From the human T2T-CHM13v2.0 reference genome, Homo sapiens: a DNA stretch of 64,000 nucleotides. Every line of letters starts with the position of its first letter. The first letter of the stretch is position 1. Positions 27,553-42,279 of the stretch are shown in pieces. The stretch spans positions 16,032,001 to 16,096,000 of the forward strand of contig CP086569.2 in the NCBI GenBank assembly GCA_009914755.4. The letters are read 5' to 3'. The translations under genes were made by a program, and so were the position numbers. The notes under the pieces were generated by a model. That model had not been told where the DNA came from. It saw only the letters and a program-made list of their open reading frames with translations, and ran no database searches.

Positions 27553-27750
27553 CTTTACGTTTTAGGGTACATATGCACAATATGCAGGTTAGTTACAAAT
27601 GTATAAATGTGCCAAGCTGGTGTGCTGCTTCCATTAACTCGTCATTTAGCATTAGGTATATCCCTAATGCTATCCCTCCCCCATCCCCCCACCCCACAAC
27701 AGTCCACAGAGTGTGATGTTCCCCTTCCTGTGTCCATGTGTTCTCATTGT

Positions 27751-28533
<783 letters not shown>

Positions 28534-29094
28534 TTAATTAGATCCCATTTGTCAATTTTGGCTTTTGTTGCCATTGCTTTCGGTGTTTTAGACTTGAAGT
28601 CCTTCCCCATGCCTATGTCCCGAATGGTAATGCCTAGGTTTTCTTCTAGGGTTTTTATGGTTTTAGGTCTAACATTTAAGTCTTTAATCCATCTTGAATT
28701 AATTTTTGTATAAGGTGTAAGGAAGGGATCCAGTTTCAGCTTTCTACATATCGCTAGCCAGTTTTCCCAGCACCATTTATTAAATAGGGTAAACTTTTGC
28801 CATTGTTTGTTTTTGTCAGGTTTGTCAAAGATCCGATAGTTGTAGATATGTGGTGTTATTTCTGAGGTCTCTGTTCTGTTCCATTGATCTATCTCTGTTT
28901 GGTACCAGTACCATGCTGATGCGGGCTCTTTTTTGATTCCATATGAACTTTAAAGTAGTTTTTTCCAATTCTGTGAAGAAAGTCATTGGCAGCTTGATGG
29001 GGATGGCATTGAATCTGTAAATTACCTTTGGCAGTATGGCCATTTTCACGATATTGATTCTTCCTACCCATGAGCATGGAATGTTCCTCCATTA

Positions 29095-29523
<429 letters not shown>

Positions 29524-30224
29524 TCAAAGGGAATGCTTCCAGTTTTTGCCCATTCAGTATGATATTGGCTGTGGGTTTGTCATAGATAGCTCTTATTATT
29601 TTGAGATACGTCCCATCTTTACCTACTTTATTGAGAGTTTTTAGCAGGAAGAGTTGTTGAATTTCATCAAAGGCCTTTTCTGCATCTATTAAGATAATCA
29701 TGTGGTTTTTGTCTTTGGTTCTGTTTATATGCTGGATTACATTTAATGATTTGTGTATATTGAACCAGCCTTGCGTCCCAGGGATGAAGCCCACTTGATC
29801 ATGTTGGATAAGCTTTTTGATGTGCTGCTGGATTCAGTTTACCAGTATTTTATTGAGGATTTTTGCATCAATGTTCATCAAGGATATTGGTCTAAAATTC
29901 TCTTTTTTGGTTGTGTCTCTGCCTGGCTTTGGTGTCAGGATGACGCTGGCCTCATAAAATGAGTTAGGGAGGATTTCCTCTTTTTCTATTGATTGGAATA
30001 GTTTCAAAAGGAATGGTACCAGTTCCTCCTTGTACCTCTGGTAGAATTCGGCTGTGAATCCATCTGGTCCTGGACTCTTTTTTGTTGTTAAGCTATTGAT
30101 TACTGCCATGATTTCAGAGCCTGTTGTTGGCCCATTCAGAGATTCAACTTCTTCCTTGTTTAGTCTTGGGAGGGTGTATGTGTGGAGGAATTTATCCATT
30201 TCTTGTAGATTTTCTAGTTTATTA

Positions 30225-30338
<114 letters not shown>

Positions 30339-31484
30339 CTATATTAGTCTTGCTAGCGGTCTATCAATTTTGTTGGACCTTTCAAAAAACCAGCGCCTGG
30401 ATTCATTAATTTTTTGAAGGGTTTTCTGTATCTCTAGTCCCTTCAGTTCTGCTCTGAGTTTAGTTATTTTTTGCCTTCTGCTAGCTTTTGAATGTGTTTT
30501 CTCTTGCTTTTGTAGTTCTTTTAATTGTGATGTTAGGGTGTCAATTTTGGATCTTTCCTGCTTTGTCTTGTGGGCATTTAGTGCTATAAATTTCCCTCTA
30601 CACACTGCTTTGAATGTGTCCCAGAGATTCTGGTATGTTGTGTCTTTGTTCTCATTGGTTTCAAAGAACATCTTTATTTCTGCCTTCATTTCGTTATGTA
30701 ACCAGTAGTCATTCAGGAGCAGGTTGTTCAGTTTCCATGTAGTTGAGTGGTTTTGAGTGAGTTTCTTAATCCTGAGTTCTAGTTTGATTGTACTGTGGTC
30801 TGAGAGACACGTTGTTATAATTTCTATTCTTTTACATTTGCTGAGGAAAGCTTTACGTCCAAGTATGTGGTCAATTTTGGAATAGGTGTGGTGTGGTGCT
30901 GAAAAGAATGTATATTCTGTTGATTTGGGGTGGAGAGTTCTGTAGATGTCTATTAGGTCCACTTGGTGCAGATCTGAGTTCAATTCCTGGGTATCCTTGT
31001 TGACTTTCTGTCTCGTTGATCTGTCTAATGTTGGCAGTGGGGTGTTAAAGTCTCCCATTATTATTGTGTGGGAGTCTAAGTCTCTTTGTAGGTCACTCAG
31101 GACTTGCTTTATGAATCTGGGTGCTCCTGTATTGGGTGCATATATATTTAGGATATTTAGCTCTTCTTGTTGAATTGATCCCCTTACCATTCTGTAATGG
31201 CCTTCTTTGTCTCTTTTGATCTTTGTTGGTTTAAAGTCTGTTTTATCAGAGACTAGGATTGCAACCCCTGCCTTTTTTGGTTTTCTATTTGCTTGGTAGA
31301 TCTTCCTCCATCCTTTTATTTTGAGTCTGTGTGTGTCTCTGCACGTGAGATGGTTTTCCTGAATACAGCATACTGATGGGTCTTGACTCTTTATCCAATT
31401 TGCCAGTCTGTGTCTTTTAATTGGAGCATTTAGTCCATTTACATTTAAAGTTAATATTATTATGTGTGAATTTGAACCTGTCAT
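30339..31484 (-). pseudogene. L1 ORF2 remnant (381 aa), the largest surviving piece. It covers the endonuclease domain and the start of RT.
   Basis: [43 protein letters not shown](N)[15 protein letters not shown]... is the L1 ORF2p N-terminus. The ORF ends prematurely. Confidence 0.9.
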
Positions 31485-34400
31485 TATGATGTTAGCTGGT
31501 TATTTTGCTCGTTAGTGATGCAGTTTCTTCCTAGCCTTGATGGTATTTAAAATTTGGCATGATTTTGCAGCAGCTGGTATCGGTTGTTCCTTTCCATGTT
31601 TAGTGCTTCCTTCAGGAGCTCTTTTAGGGCAGGACTGGTGGTGACAAAATCTCTCAGCATTTGCTTGTCTGTAAAGTATTTTATTTCTCCTTCACTTATG
31701 AAGCTTAGTTTGGCTGGATATGAAATTCAGGGTTGAAAGTTCTTTTTTTTAAGAATGTTGAATATTGACCCCCAATCTCTTCTGGCTTGTAGACTTTCTG
31801 CCGAGAGATCCGCTGTTAATCTGATGGGCTTCCCTTTGAGGGTAACCTGACCTGTCTGTCTGGCTGCGCTTAACATTTTTTCCTTCATTTCAACTTTAGT
31901 GAATCGGACAATTAGGTGTCTTGGAATTGCTCTTCTCGAGGAGTATCTTTGTTGTGTTCTGTGTATTTTCTGAATCTGAATGTTGGCCTGCCTTGCTAGA
32001 TTCGGGAAGTTCTCCTGCATAACTTCCTGCAGAGTGTTTTCCAACTTGGTTCCATTCTCCCCGTCACTTTCAGGTACACCAATTAGATGTAGATTTGGTA
32101 TTTTCACATAGTCTCATGTTTCTTGGAGGCTGTGTTTTTTTCTTTTTATTCTTTTTTCTCTAATCTTTCCTTCTCGCTTCATTTCATTCATTTTATCTTC
32201 CATCGCTGATACCTTTTCTACCAGTTGATCGCATAGGCTTCTGCAGCTTCTGCATTCTTCACGTAGTTCTTGAGCCTTGGCTTTCAGCTCCATCATCTCC
32301 TTTAAGCACTTCTCTGTATTGGTTATTCTAGTTATACAGTAGTCTAAATTTTTTACAAAGTTTTTATCTTCTTTGCCTTTGGTTTGAATTTCCTCCTGTA
32401 GCTCGGAATAGTTTGATTGTCTGAAGCTTTCTTCTCTCAACTCATCAAAGTCATTCTCCATCCAGCTTTATTCCATTGCTGGTGAGGAACTGCATTCTTT
32501 TGGATGAGGGGAGGTGCTCTGCTTTTTAGAGTTTCCAGTTTTTCTACTCTGTTTTTTCCCCATCTTTGTGGTTTTATCTACTTTTGGTCTTTGATGATGG
32601 TGATGTACAGATGGGTTTTTGGTGTGGATGTCCTTTCTGTTTGTTAGTTTTCTTTCTAACATACAGGACCCTCAGCTGCAGGTCTGTTGGAGTTTGCTAG
32701 AGGTCCCCTCCAGACCCTGTTTGCCTGGGTACCAGCAGCGGTGGCTGCAGAACAGCGGATTTTCATGAACTGTGAATGCTGCTGTCTGATCGTTCCTCTG
32801 GAAGTTTTGTCTTAGTGGAGTACCTGACCATGTGAGGTGTCAGTCTGACCCTACTGGGGGGTATCTCCCAGTTAGGCTGCTTGGGGGTCAGTGGTCAGGG
32901 ACCCACTTGAGGAGGCAGTCTGCCCATTCTCAGATCTCAAGCTGCGTGCTGGGAGAACCACTGCTCTCTTCACAGCTGTCAGACAGGGACATTTAAGTCT
33001 GCAGAGGTTACTGCTGCCTTTTTGTTTGTCTGTGCCCTGCCCCCAGAGATGGAGCCTACAGAGGCAGGCAGGCTTCCTTGAGCTGTGGTGGGTTCCACCC
33101 AGTTCCAGTTTCCCAGCTGGTTTGTTTACCTAAGCAAGCCTGGGCAATGGCGGGTGCCCCTCCCACAGCCTCACTGCCTTGAAGTTTGATCTCAGACTGT
33201 TGTGATAGCAATCAGTGAGACTCCATGGGCATAGGACCCTCCGAGCCATGTGTGGGATATAATCTCCTGGTGCACCGTCTTTTAAGCCTGTCGGAAAAGT
33301 GCAGTATTAGGGTGGGAGTGACCCAGTTTTCCAGGTGCCGTCTGTCTCCCCTTTCTTTGACTAGGAAAGGGAACTCCCTGACCCCTTACACTTCCCAAGT
33401 GAAGCAATGCCTCACCCTGCTTGGGCTCATGCACAGTGTGCTGCACACACTGTCCTGCACCCACTGTCTGGCACTCCCTATTAAGCTGAACCTGTTACCT
33501 CAGATGGAAATGCAGAAATCACCCATCTTCTGCATTGCTCAAGCTGGGAGCTGTAGACCGGAGCTGCTCCTATTTGGCCATCTTGGCTCCAGCCCCCACA
33601 GATACCTATTTCTAATGCAGGGTTTTGTGACAACAAAAGGAATTGTACATGTACAATGTACAATCTCCACAAGTACAAATGAATAATTGTACAACTTCCA
33701 AAATTCCATTTAGCCTATATATGACAACTAGAGGAATTACTGAGTTGATAAATGTTATAGTGTGGAGTAAAAATTCTGCAGATTATGTGCCTAATACATT
33801 ACCTGGTTTAATGTTTACAAATGTTTAGAAATGCTGTAAATGTTTATATATTCTATAAATGTTTATAAATTATAGTTTATAAAGTCAAAAGCTTAAGGCA
33901 GAAATTAAGTTTCAGTATCTGCTGTGAGTTGAACTGTGTGATTTCTTTCCTTTTTCTTTCTGCAAAAATGATCACAACCAAAACGGCACATGTAAATTTC
34001 CTGACATTTAGTCATTAGAAATTGCTTTGTACTTCATTTTAATATCTGACATATAATCCATAATGTCACAGAATATGGCAGATTTTGGGGTCTCCCCCTT
34101 GTTTAGTATTTTATTTATAAAATAAAATTTTGGAAGTTGTATTTTATATATGGTCTAATGAACAATTTGAACTCTGAGTAAACTTTTTGATGTTCAAGTT
34201 TACCTTGCACTTTATATGTTAGAAGTTCTGAAATATGCTATGAGAATCCCCTTCCAGGGTAAGTCCCAAAATTCCTTGATAGATGCAGATTCTCAATGAA
34301 GCCAACATTAAGCTACTTCCAGGGACCTACCGGGTCCACCTTCCAAGCTGCTTGGTTCTAATGAGGCCGAGGCCATGTGTGCCATACAGTGGTTCCTCAC

Positions 34401-35149
34401 AGCTGCCTCTCTGATCACCTAAGTCAGCTCCCCTTTTATATCTCACACAAGTGGCTTTAACTCAAAGAACATAAGTTTGACATCTGACTGGAAGATTAGC
34501 TGGAAAAAAATGTAAGTTTAGGTTTCTGAGCTGTTCAGTCAAGAAGAAAAGAAGGAGATCATAATAAACATTTAGAGATTAATACATGTTCAAAGAGACA
34601 ACTCAAGTTTTCATCCACAGCTAGAGGTACCTTTTGCACCTTCTGTGACTGCAGAAGCCAGATATTAATGAAAAGTCACAGCTGGTCAGACTAGGGATCA
34701 ATGTCATGCTCACTTCACAGCTTCTATTCAGACACATGACTTATCTTTACTCAGAAACAAATCATTACAAATGCTGGTGCCTGCTGTACAGCTATTGTGG
34801 CAGCAAATGTCTTTTTTTATTTTCTTCCCATTTCTTTATTCTCTATCTCAATAAGCAACAATCCCTACAAGCAGCTGACTTTCATATAACAGAGTCAGCA
34901 TTACATATTTACCAACTTGGCAACATTCAGGCTCTGTGTGTCCATATGGATCTTAGAAGTATTTTCACTACCTCACTATCTCACAATTGGTCAGCTACAT
35001 TGATGCTGATGGAGCTGGAAGCTTAGTAGGTAGCAATATTTGAGGTACATGTGTAAAGATTGATGCTTGCCACAGAATGGATGATAAAGACTAAGTCTTT
35101 GTTATCAAATACCACAGACTAGGTGGATTAAAAAAAAAAAAACAGAAAT

Positions 35150-35450
35150 TTGTTTTTTCATAGTCCTGGAGGCTGGAATTCTAAGATCAAGGTATGGGCT
35201 GCTCTGTTTCCTCCTAAGGCCTCCCTCCTGGACTTGCAGACTCTATCTTCTCCCTGTGTCCTCACATGGTTGTCCCTCTCTGTTTGTGCCCTAATCTTTT
35301 TATAAGGACACCTGTCCTGTAGGATTAGGGCCCATCCTAATGATCTCATTTAAGCTTAATTATCTCTTAAAAAGCCCTGTCTTTAAATACAGTCCCCTCG
35401 GGGGTAAGAGCTTCAACATGAATTTTAGGGAGACACAAAGCAGCCCATAC
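35150..35450 (+). mobile_element. Second copy of the ancient MER/MaLR-like repeat family seen at 1995-2400
   Basis: catagtcctggaggctggaattctaagatcaagg...tgtcctcacatggttgtccc...cttataaggacacctgtcctgtaggattagggcccatcctaatgatctcatttaagcttaattatctc... Confidence 0.6.
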
Positions 35451-36159
35451 CAGTCCATGAAAGGTCAGTATTCTAAACGCTCTGTGAAATATCTTATCAT
35501 CCACAACCATGCAGCATACCCTTCATTTCACCTGGAAGTAAAAGTGAACAGAAATTCGTATTCTTACTACTATACACGCTGGCAGACTTTGCTTGGTGCC
35601 CAGTGGGAGAAAAGCTTACCACTTGTTTTGTTTACAGAACAAACACCTTTTGCTTGTAAGCTCTGTCACCCAGCAGATTTACTGTTGTGTTAAGTGCATA
35701 TAACAGATCATGATTCTGATAGGATTAGTAGAAAGCCCCACTAGGATCATTATAATTAAATCTCTCATTTGTGTAAGGAAATGTTATGCCATCTTTGCAG
35801 TCTTCTCATTTTGGATAAAAGCTGCCTGCTTTTTAAAGGGTCCTGGTAGAGATTGTTCAGCTCACTATCAGAGTCCTGTTGTCAGTCATGCATCTTGAGG
35901 TACACATCAGAAAGTGGGTGTTTTCCATCCCAAGAAAGAAGTGAGCCCATGGACACCATTATGAAGGGGAATTAGCTGTATAAAGTAGGGATCAGACAAG
36001 TCTAGCAGACATAAATTGTTTGAAAAAGCAAAATGTTCACATTTACCAATGTGCCTTCTCTTGCATGTGACCTCCTCATTACCACAAGGAAAGATAAAAA
36101 TGATCATGTGTTTCTCCAGTGAAACAGAACTAATAGGAGATAAGTAATTGGATAGATGA

Positions 36160-36345
36160 ACACACGGATAGCTAGCTAGATGGATGGATGGATGGATGAA
36201 TGGATAGATGGATGGATGGATGGATGAATCATAGATGGATAGATGAATGAATAAATGAATGAATGAATGGAAAGATGGATGAATGACTAAACAGACAGAC
36301 AGATAGGTGATGAATAGATAGATAGTATGATAGATATTCTTTATT
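36160..36345. repeat. Compound (GGAT)n/(GAAT)n/(GATA)n microsatellite
   Basis: gatggatggatggatggatgaatggatagatggatggatggatggatgaat...gaatgaatgaatgg...cagacagacagatag...atagatagatag. Confidence 0.9.
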
Positions 36346-36602
36346 ATAATAAGTGTCTCACATGGTTATAGAGGCTTAGAAGTCCCACAACCTGCTGACT
36401 GGAAACTGAGAACCAGAAAACCCTGTAATGTAATTCAGTCCAAGTCTGAAGGTGATGATATCTGAGGTCAGGAGGAAATGGATATTCTAGCTTAAAAATA
36501 GAGACTGAATTCACCCTTCCTCTGGCATTTTGTTCCGGCTGGACACTCAACAAACTGGATGAGGCCTATTGACTCTGGTGAGGGTGGATCTTCTTTACCC
36601 AC

Positions 36603-36961
36603 TGTGTCAGTCTTCTCTCACACTGCTATAGGGATGTATCAAAGACTAGGTAATTTATAAAGGAAAAAGGTATAATTAACTCCCAGTTCTACATGCCTGG
36701 GGAGGCCTCACAATCATGATGGAAGTTGAATGAGGAGAAAAGTCACATCTTACATTGCAGGAGAAAAGACTGTATGCAGGGAAACTCCCCCTTATAAAAC
36801 CATCAGATCTCATGAAACTTACTATCACAAGAATGACATGGGAAAGACCTGGATGTCATGATTCAATTACTTCCCAGCAGGTCCCTCCCACAACTCTCAG
36901 GAATTATGGGAGCTATAATTCAAGGATGAGTTTAAGGTGGGAACACAGTGAAACCATATCA
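36603..36961 (-). mobile_element. MaLR LTR (THE1/MST-type)
   Basis: tgtgtcagtcttctctcacactgctatagggatgtatcaaagactaggtaatttataaagg...ccccttataaaaccatcagatctcatgaaactta...gggaacacagtgaaaccatatca. Confidence 0.85.
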
Positions 36962-37594
36962 CCCAGTCTACTGATTCTAATGCTAATGTCTTCCAGAAAC
37001 ACTCTCAGAGACGCTCACAAATAATGTTTTACCAGCTGTCTGTGCATCCGTTAGGTCAGCTAAGCTGACACATTCAATTAGCCATTACATCAGGTAACAA
37101 AGAAATGACATATTTACACCAGATTTAGATAGAAAGACATACTCTACAAATCATGCTTACATTATTAGGACCATTTTATTGCTCCAAAACAATGAGATAT
37201 GAGGAGATAAAATGATGCTTATTGCAGTGTAGCAACAGAATGGATGTTCAGAAGGACAACTGGGTGTTTACTGGAACAAATAAAACCTACCTGCAGCCAG
37301 AGAAACATCACAGGTGGCATATAGAGAAGTAATAATTAGATCAATTCCTAGATTTTTCATCAGTAACATTAAGAAGTCATACAATGCAAATGATGAAAGA
37401 AATTTTCTGTCAATATAAAATTCAAAAACAGTAAAGAATATCCTTCAAAACATTGTACCAGTAAGTGCACGTTTAAACAGAAAAGTCCTGAGACAGTGTA
37501 TCCGCCATGGTAGCATAATAGAAATTTTATGAGTGGGAGAAATGGATGACAGTAAAATGAAAACATTGCAATGTGTATACTCAGAAACAAGGAA

Positions 37595-37625
37595 AGATAG
37601 ATAGATGATAGATAGATAGATAGAC

Positions 37626-37708
<83 letters not shown>

Positions 37709-37720
37709 TAGATAGAATAT
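37595..37720. repeat. (GATA)n-(GACA)n compound tetranucleotide microsatellite
   Basis: About 17 GATA units, then (GACA)9, then (GATA)2. Confidence 0.95.
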
Positions 37721-38128
37721 ATTATGGGGTACCAAAATGCAGGGCCCAAAAATGTGTAAAATATATGTGTGAATGTAATAAACCTAATATCCATGGATTA
37801 CGATGTTCTGTGATATTGAAGTCTGTCTTCTGAAACATGTATGATTCAGAAACATCATTTCCCATCCCATCCCCTTTATTTTTCATTTATTGGTTCACTT
37901 GGCTATCATTTTGTACACAGACCAATACTGGAGTCTCTGTCCTCAAAATATCTTTCTAACTGTTATGCATTAGGGGAGAACCTTTGGATAACCATATGTT
38001 CCAGGTACCTGGGCCAATTCTGGTGTATACCTCTTGTTCCAGCATAAGAGGTAATAGTTATTTCTCTCCAACAGGTGTTCCAGTATGTATATTACAAATT
38101 CATTCTGTGGAAAAACACCAGGATTGAC

Positions 38129-38416
38129 CGGGTGAGGTGGCTCACACCTATAATCCCAGCACTTTGGGAGGCTGAGGTCGGTGGATCACGAGGTCAGGAG
38201 TTCGAGACCAGACTGGCCCACATAGCGAAACCTTGTCTCTACTAAAAATACAAAAATTAGCCGGGCATTGTGTTGTATGCCTGTAATCCCAGCCACTCAG
38301 GAAGCCAAGGCAGGAGAATTGCCTGAACTGGGGAGACAGAGGTTGCAGTGAGCCAAGATCATGCCCCTGCACTCCAGCCTGGGTGATAGAGGGAGGCTTC
38401 TTCTCAGAAAAAAAAA
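38129..38416 (+). mobile_element. Alu SINE, with a tail-derived (GGGAA)n-(GCAAA)n microsatellite at 38417-38535
   Basis: ccgggtgaggtggctcacacctataatcccagcactttgggaggctgaggtcggtggatcacgaggtcaggagttcgagacc...cactccagcctgggtgatagagggagg; then (gggaa)x12 and (gcaaa)x6. Confidence 0.92.
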
Positions 38417-38744
38417 GAAAAGAAAAGGGAAGGGAAGGGAAGGGAAGGGAAGGGAAGGGAAGGGAAGGGAAGGGAAAGGAAGAGAAGGGAAGGGAAAGGA
38501 GAAGCAAAGCAAAGCAAAGCAAAGCAAAGCAAAGATGAAAAACACAAACATTAACTTTGCAATTCCAAATGGTTGAAATCAAATCCCTTCAGTTTATCTG
38601 GGACTCATTAAAAACTGTTAGAATTTTAGATGAAATCGACTAGGCTGGCCAGACTCAATAGCTCATGCCCGTAGTTTCAGCATTTTGGGAGGTCAAAGTG
38701 GGAGAATTGCTTGAAACCAGGAGTTTGAGAACAGACTAGACAAC

Positions 38745-39880
38745 TGTACTAGTCCTTTCTCATGCTACTAATAAAGACATGCCCAAGACTGGGTAATGTA
38801 TAAAGAAAAGAGGTTTATTGGCTGCATAAATGTCTTCTTTTGAGAAGTGGCTGTTCATGTCCTTTGCCCACATTTTTATGGGCTTGTTTTTTTCTTGTAA
38901 ATTTGTTTGAGTTCATTGTAGATTCTGGATATTAGCCGTTTGTCAGATGAGTAGGTTGCGAAAATTTTCTTCAACCATTGTGGAAGTCAGTGTGGTGATT
39001 CTTCAGGGATCTAGAACTAGAAATACCATTTGACCCAGCCATCCCATTACTGGGTATATACCCAAAGGACTATAAATCATGCTGCTATAAAGACACATGC
39101 ACACGTATGTTTATTGCAGCACTATTCACAATAGCAAAGACTTGGAACCAACCCAAATGTCCAACAATGATAGACTGGATTAAGAAAATGTGGCACATAT
39201 ACACCATGGAATACTATCCAGCCATAAAAAATGATGAGTTCATGTCCTTTGTAGTGACATGGATGAAATTGGAAATCATGATTCTCAGTAAACTATTGCA
39301 AGAACAAAAAACCAAACACCGCATATTCTCCCTCATAGGTGGGAACTGAACAATGAGAACACATGGACACAGGAAGGGGAACATCACACTCTGGGGAATG
39401 TTGTGGGGTTGGGGGAGGAGGGAGGGGTAGCAATGGGAGATATACCTAATGCTAGATGACAAGTTAGTGGGTGCAGCGCACCAGCATGGCACATGTATAT
39501 ATGTAACTAACCTGCACGTTGTGCACATGTACCCTAAAACTTAAAGTACAATAATAAAAAAAAAAGAAAGAAAGAAAAAAAAAAAAGAGGTTTAATTGAC
39601 AGTTCCATGTGGCTGGGGAGGCCTCAGGAAACTTACAGTCATGGTGCAGGGGGAAGCAAACACATCCTCCTTCACATGGTGGCAGCAAGAAGTCCAGATC
39701 AATTGTGAGAAAAGTCCCTATAAAACCATCAGATCTTGTGAAAACTCACTCACTATCACAAGAACAGCATGAGTGTAACCCGTCATTAAATTACATTCCA
39801 CCAGGTCTCTCCCAGGGCATGGGATTATGAGAATTACAATTCTAGATAGATTTGGGTGGGGACACAGTCAAACCATATCA
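38745..39880 (-). mobile_element. MaLR (THE1-type) solo LTR (parts 38745-38820 and 39587-39880), split by an L1 insertion
   Basis: Left part: tgtactagtcctttctcatgctactaataaagacatgcccaagactgggtaatgtataaagaaaagaggtttattg. Right part: gaggtttaattgacagttccatgtggctggggaggcctcaggaaacttacagtcatggtg...gggacacagtcaaaccatatca. Confidence 0.85.
38821..39586 (+). mobile_element. Young L1PA 3'-end insertion (~766 bp) with 5' inversion (twin priming). Inverted segment 38821-38970, direct segment 38971-39586 with poly-A. About 14-bp TSD AAGAGGTTTA(A)TTG.
   Basis: Inverted part: gctgcataaatgtcttcttttgagaagtg...gtagattctggatattagcc...gcgaaaattttct (reverse complement of ORF2, about nt 5130-5280). Direct part: tcaaccattgtggaagtcagtgtggtgattcttcagggatctagaact...cctaaaacttaaagtacaataataaaaaaaaaagaaagaaagaaaaaaaaaaaa. 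TSD copies at 38807-38820 and 39584-39598. Confidence 0.88.
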
Positions 39881-40146
39881 GAAACATAGCAAGACCCATT
39901 CTCTACAAAAATACAAAAACTAGCTGCTTGTGGTGGCTCATGTCTGTAGTCCGAGCTACCTGGTAGGAAGGTGAAGTGGGAGGATCACTTGAGCCCAGGA
40001 GGCAGAGGTTGGAGTGAGCTGGGTTCACACCACTGCACTCCAGCATGAGCGACAGAGAGAGATCCTGCCCCAAAAAATACATACATAAATAAATAAATAA
40101 TTAATTAGTGAGGCAGAATATGGTCCCTCTTAATGTTGCCTGTATA

Positions 40147-40192
<46 letters not shown>
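40147..40192. repeat. (CA)n microsatellite
   Basis: About 22 CA units. Confidence 0.95.
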
Positions 40193-40194
<2 letters not shown>

Positions 40195-40907
40195 TTTCTA
40201 CCACCAAAGCCTCTCACCACTCTCATTACTGAATGAAGAAATAGACTATGAAGAAGAGGACCTTCATCATTTGATCATAGTAATATAAGCCTATCTTGTG
40301 GCCAAAAACTAGCTGTCATACCCCAGACAAAAGATTCTTAGTTGCATGAGTTGGACTTCAAACTATCTCCAAGTTCCATACGTCCTTTTCAGTGTAAGAA
40401 ACTTATCATTATTTTTCCTTCACAAATTTAGATATACATTCCAAATATTTTAAAGGAAGGAAAGTGGTTATTTTTAAACCTTTTTTATTACAGGGAAATT
40501 GAATCAAAATAGTAGGCAGCAATGTAAAATGATTTGTCTGAAAGAGGTTTTAATAAAACATGTGGCATTAGTAACAGCAATAGCTGTGAAAGCTTTTTTG
40601 AGTAATTCTTGACAATTCCATACCACAAAGTCCAGCTCCTCTTCCTTTGCTGCAGAGCTTTTTAAAGTCAGACATGAATCAGAGTTCTAGAAGCACTGAT
40701 ACCAGTTGGTGAAGTCCTGTGACATGTTTTATTATTCTGCTTGGAAAAGAAAAAGGACCCTTAAAATAGAAATTGGTGAGAGGACCACTCATCAGTGCTC
40801 AGCTAGTATTACTCTATGAATTATGCACGTAATTTTCTTTATAGGTTTTACATAATCGTCCCATTTTGAGCAAAAATGTGAACTGACCAGCAAAAATGTT
40901 AAACATC

Positions 40908-40943
40908 CAAAAAAAAAAGAAAGGAAGAAAGGAAGAAGAACGA

Positions 40944-40991
<48 letters not shown>

Positions 40992-41029
40992 AAAAGAGAA
41001 AGAAAAGAAAGAAAGAGAGAAAGAAAGCT
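40908..41029. repeat. (GAAA)n / (GGAA)n microsatellite
   Basis: aaaaaaaaagaaaggaagaaaggaagaagaacgaaagaaagaaag...(gaaa)n... Confidence 0.95.
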
Positions 41030-42279
41030 GAACACAGTATTAAGGGAAACAACTTGAATGAATTTCTGAGTTTGGGATTGCAATCTTGTAGGTCTCAGAC
41101 AACATTGCTGGTTGGCAGAGGGTTCACAGTCTGCGATTAATTTATAATATATCAAAGCTGCATGAGTCTGTATGAATACATACAACTGGTGTCCATGGTT
41201 TCTGCTCACTTCTACAAGACTCGATGTCCTTAGGAGAGCAAACTGATACTTTTATATATGCTTAATTAACATGATAGGAAAAGCTTTTATTTTTTCCCTA
41301 TTCAATATATCCTTATAATTAGACACTACTACAATTAATTTTTCACCTGTAAAGTAATAGCTTTTGTTTAAAGCTAGATAATTAAATCTGAATACAATTT
41401 GTGGTTGCAGAATCTAGAAAAACAAGACCCCCCTTTTAAATTTATGCATTAGTTTATTTTATAAAAATATACTCTAAACATTATAAACTCATTTCTAGAA
41501 TGTTTGCCTATTTGCTTGAAATGTATTGGATAATATATTCCATTTCACAGGATACTATTTCTTCTCAGATCTCTATTTTGGTTTTACATAGATTTGTTTC
41601 CAGTTTAAAAAAATCATTCAGTTAAAGTAATGATGGCTTCTTATTTCTAGCAGAAAGAATAACATTTATCTAAAACAAATTTTATAAAATACAAAAATAG
41701 CATTTATTTCATTGAGTAAACAAACTTTTTTATATTTTAAGATAAATCTCAAGTACCAAACTTTTAGAATCTGAACATTTCATTATTTGTACATCAAAAT
41801 AACATTATGTAAAAATTCCATGTAAAAATATATTATACCCTGAAAGTCTAACAAAACCACTTAGTCACTCTTTTGCACTAAATAACATATAGATAGGTTT
41901 TTAATCTTGCAATTATGTAATAAAATAAGGGTGTCTATCCTGTAAACAAACCAAGATGAGTTATTTTGACTCCAAGGAAATGAGATGTTTTAAAATAAAT
42001 GTAATTATTTGTTGGAGATAAATGAACATGACACTCAAAAAAACCTTTAATTTTCTGATCTCCCTTGTCATTTTGTGTCATGCGTTTAATGAGAAGAGCT
42101 GATAGATGTCAAATTTTCTAGATGCTCATAAGACTGAATAATACAGTGGGTTTTTTTTTTAACCTGAAGTATTTTAGTAAATGAATTCAGGTCACAAAGC
42201 TTCCATTGTGTTTGCCATTTATAGTAACAGAGGCCGATACTGTATGTGAATTGAAGTTCTGCTTATTTTTTTAACCTGT

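Larger units (their letters stand above)
38643..40078 (+). mobile_element. Old Alu (parts 38643-38744 and 39881-40078) split by a MaLR LTR insertion
   Basis: Left part: ggctggccagactcaatagctcatgcccgtagtttcagcattttgggaggtc...gagtttgagaacagactagacaac. Right part: gaaacatagcaagacccattctctacaaaaatacaaaaactagctg...cactgcactccagcatgagcgacagagagagatcctgcccc. Confidence 0.75.

Noticed and set aside
33640-33880. Clusters of repeated short words (tgtacaa x4; aaatgtttata x3) just outside the full-length L1
   Set aside because: This is low-complexity AT-rich sequence without higher-order periodicity, consistent with ordinary AT-rich intergenic DNA.
37369-37794. 141-aa and 96-aa ORFs rich in LSIYLSIYL
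   Set aside because: This is the minus-strand translation of the (GATA)n/(GACA)n microsatellite, so it is low complexity.
38148-38582. 144-aa ORF with repeated [10 protein letters not shown]
   Set aside because: This is the translation of the Alu plus the (GGGAA)n/(GCAAA)n tail microsatellite on the minus strand.
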